Shown here one piece after another: positions 63,148 to 64,000 of a DNA stretch of 64,000 nt (its first letter is position 1; every line of letters starts with the position of its first letter). A program made the translations under genes and the position numbers. Source of the DNA: Candidatus Oxydemutatoraceae bacterium (lineage in GTDB: Bacteria; Pseudomonadota; Gammaproteobacteria; Poriferisulfidales; Oxydemutatoraceae); contig OZ244717.1 in assembly GCA_965218975.1 (NCBI GenBank), positions 1,216,001 through 1,280,000 of the forward strand. The letters are read 5' to 3'. The notes beneath the pieces are model-generated. The model searched no databases. It had not been told where the DNA came from and was given only the letters and a program-made list of their open reading frames with translations.

Positions 63148-64000
63148 TTAATCCTTTTTCCTAATTACATCTTCTGCGATTTTAATCGTCTCTAGATGTG
63201 TTGCAGTATTAGCGCCCGTTGAGATATAGCCGGTGTTGCCCGCTTCAAAAATTGCTTTAGTAGCCTGAATTAAAACGGTATCGCGTATCTTAGGATCACT
63301 GGTTGATTCTACAAATGTTTGAAAGCAAGCAAGGCTATTAGTTCGATGCTCATTTAACGTCTGGAGATGCTTATTTGCTGTGTAATTTTTTACTGTTTGG
63401 TAGAAGATTATTAAGAGGAACGAAAATATCAACGCTTTGGTAAAAAAGGTTTGCAGCAGCATCCCAACGCCGACATTCCCGTTGGCGCCGAGAGATAAAC
63501 TACTCAATAACCACCAAAGCACAGCAATTATTCCGATCGTTACAACAACGGAAATTCCCAACCAAAGACGGGCGCTCTTCTTATTCTCTTCGGCTTGGTC
63601 ATCAAATATCCCTGTAAACTTGCTTACTCCGACCTGCGCTGCGGCTTTTTGTACTGCATCAATTTGTTTATTTAGGATAAACACCTCAAGAGGCAAGAAG
63701 AAATCAGGGGCAGAGTAAAGGTAAAGGTAAGCGTGGTTTTTTTTAATCTTCTCTATAAGTGAGTCTCTTGAACCGGGATCTATATCATGCTTCCCAGTAC
63801 TGAAAACATGCATACTTATAATAGCGTCGGCGTAATCTGTTAGGGCCTTTACAATAGCGTCGGATGGTTTTCTCAGTCGCTCGTCAACTTTCTCATCAAA
63901 AAAATCCGGTATATACTTGGAATGGCTAATAAACTCCTTAACGTAGGGGTGCACAACAGAAAAATTCAGCTCTTGCCCTTTGCGTTCAAGGGCGGCAATT
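63148..64000 (-). CDS. Hypothetical membrane protein (helical region plus 2 TM), likely 5'-truncated by the window edge
   Basis: The frame stays open from 63954 to the window end; two TM helices followed by N.HR.NSL..F. Confidence 0.7.
   Translation of the reverse strand, partial: IAALERKGQELNFSVVHPYVKEFISHSKYIPDFFDEKVDERLRKPSDAIVKALTDYADAIISMHVFSTGKHDIDPGSRDSLIEKIKKNHAYLYLYSAPDFFLPLEVFILNKQIDAVQKAAAQVGVSKFTGIFDDQAEENKKSARLWLGISVVVTIGIIAVLWWLLSSLSLGANGNVGVGMLLQTFFTKALIFSFLLIIFYQTVKNYTANKHLQTLNEHRTNSLACFQTFVESTSDPKIRDTVLIQATKAIFEAGNTGYISTGANTATHLETIKIAEDVIRKKD

Overview
This is gammaproteobacterial chromosomal DNA. The heavy insertion-sequence decay suggests a possibly host-associated organism (inference). 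Housekeeping blocks: rpoH; an aa3-type cox cluster; rpsO-pnp-msrB; dksA-xseA; guaB-guaA-tadA; rraA; leuA-udg-rimI; addB-like and fdxA; and rlmE-ftsH-glmM-tpiA-secG-tRNA-Leu-tRNA-fMet, with no folP. Accessory blocks: (i) a norS-norY-senC-orf1-like heme-copper enzyme whose active-site Tyr is replaced by Asn, pointing to an sNOR-type nitric oxide reductase; (ii) an AlkB/XylM-like monooxygenase cluster with a small ferredoxin missing from the ORF track, a GST and a reductase; (iii) an acyl-CoA ligase plus Liv-type ABC transporter; (iv) an island after tRNA-fMet with a PLD-SNF2 helicase and an N6-adenine methyltransferase. Two unexplained structures stand out. First, a ~100-nt palindrome-rich cassette ('R') occurs 16 times in 7 loci, always inside defective IS481-like elements. 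It has a fixed end, a variable simple-repeat tail, tandem copies and microhomology junctions, and it persists even in a 281-bp minimal element. Second, ~20-30-bp CCTGYCTG..CAGRCAGG palindromes are inserted in frame in the helicase and methyltransferase genes. All calls were made by eye from motifs and synteny; no database searches were run.
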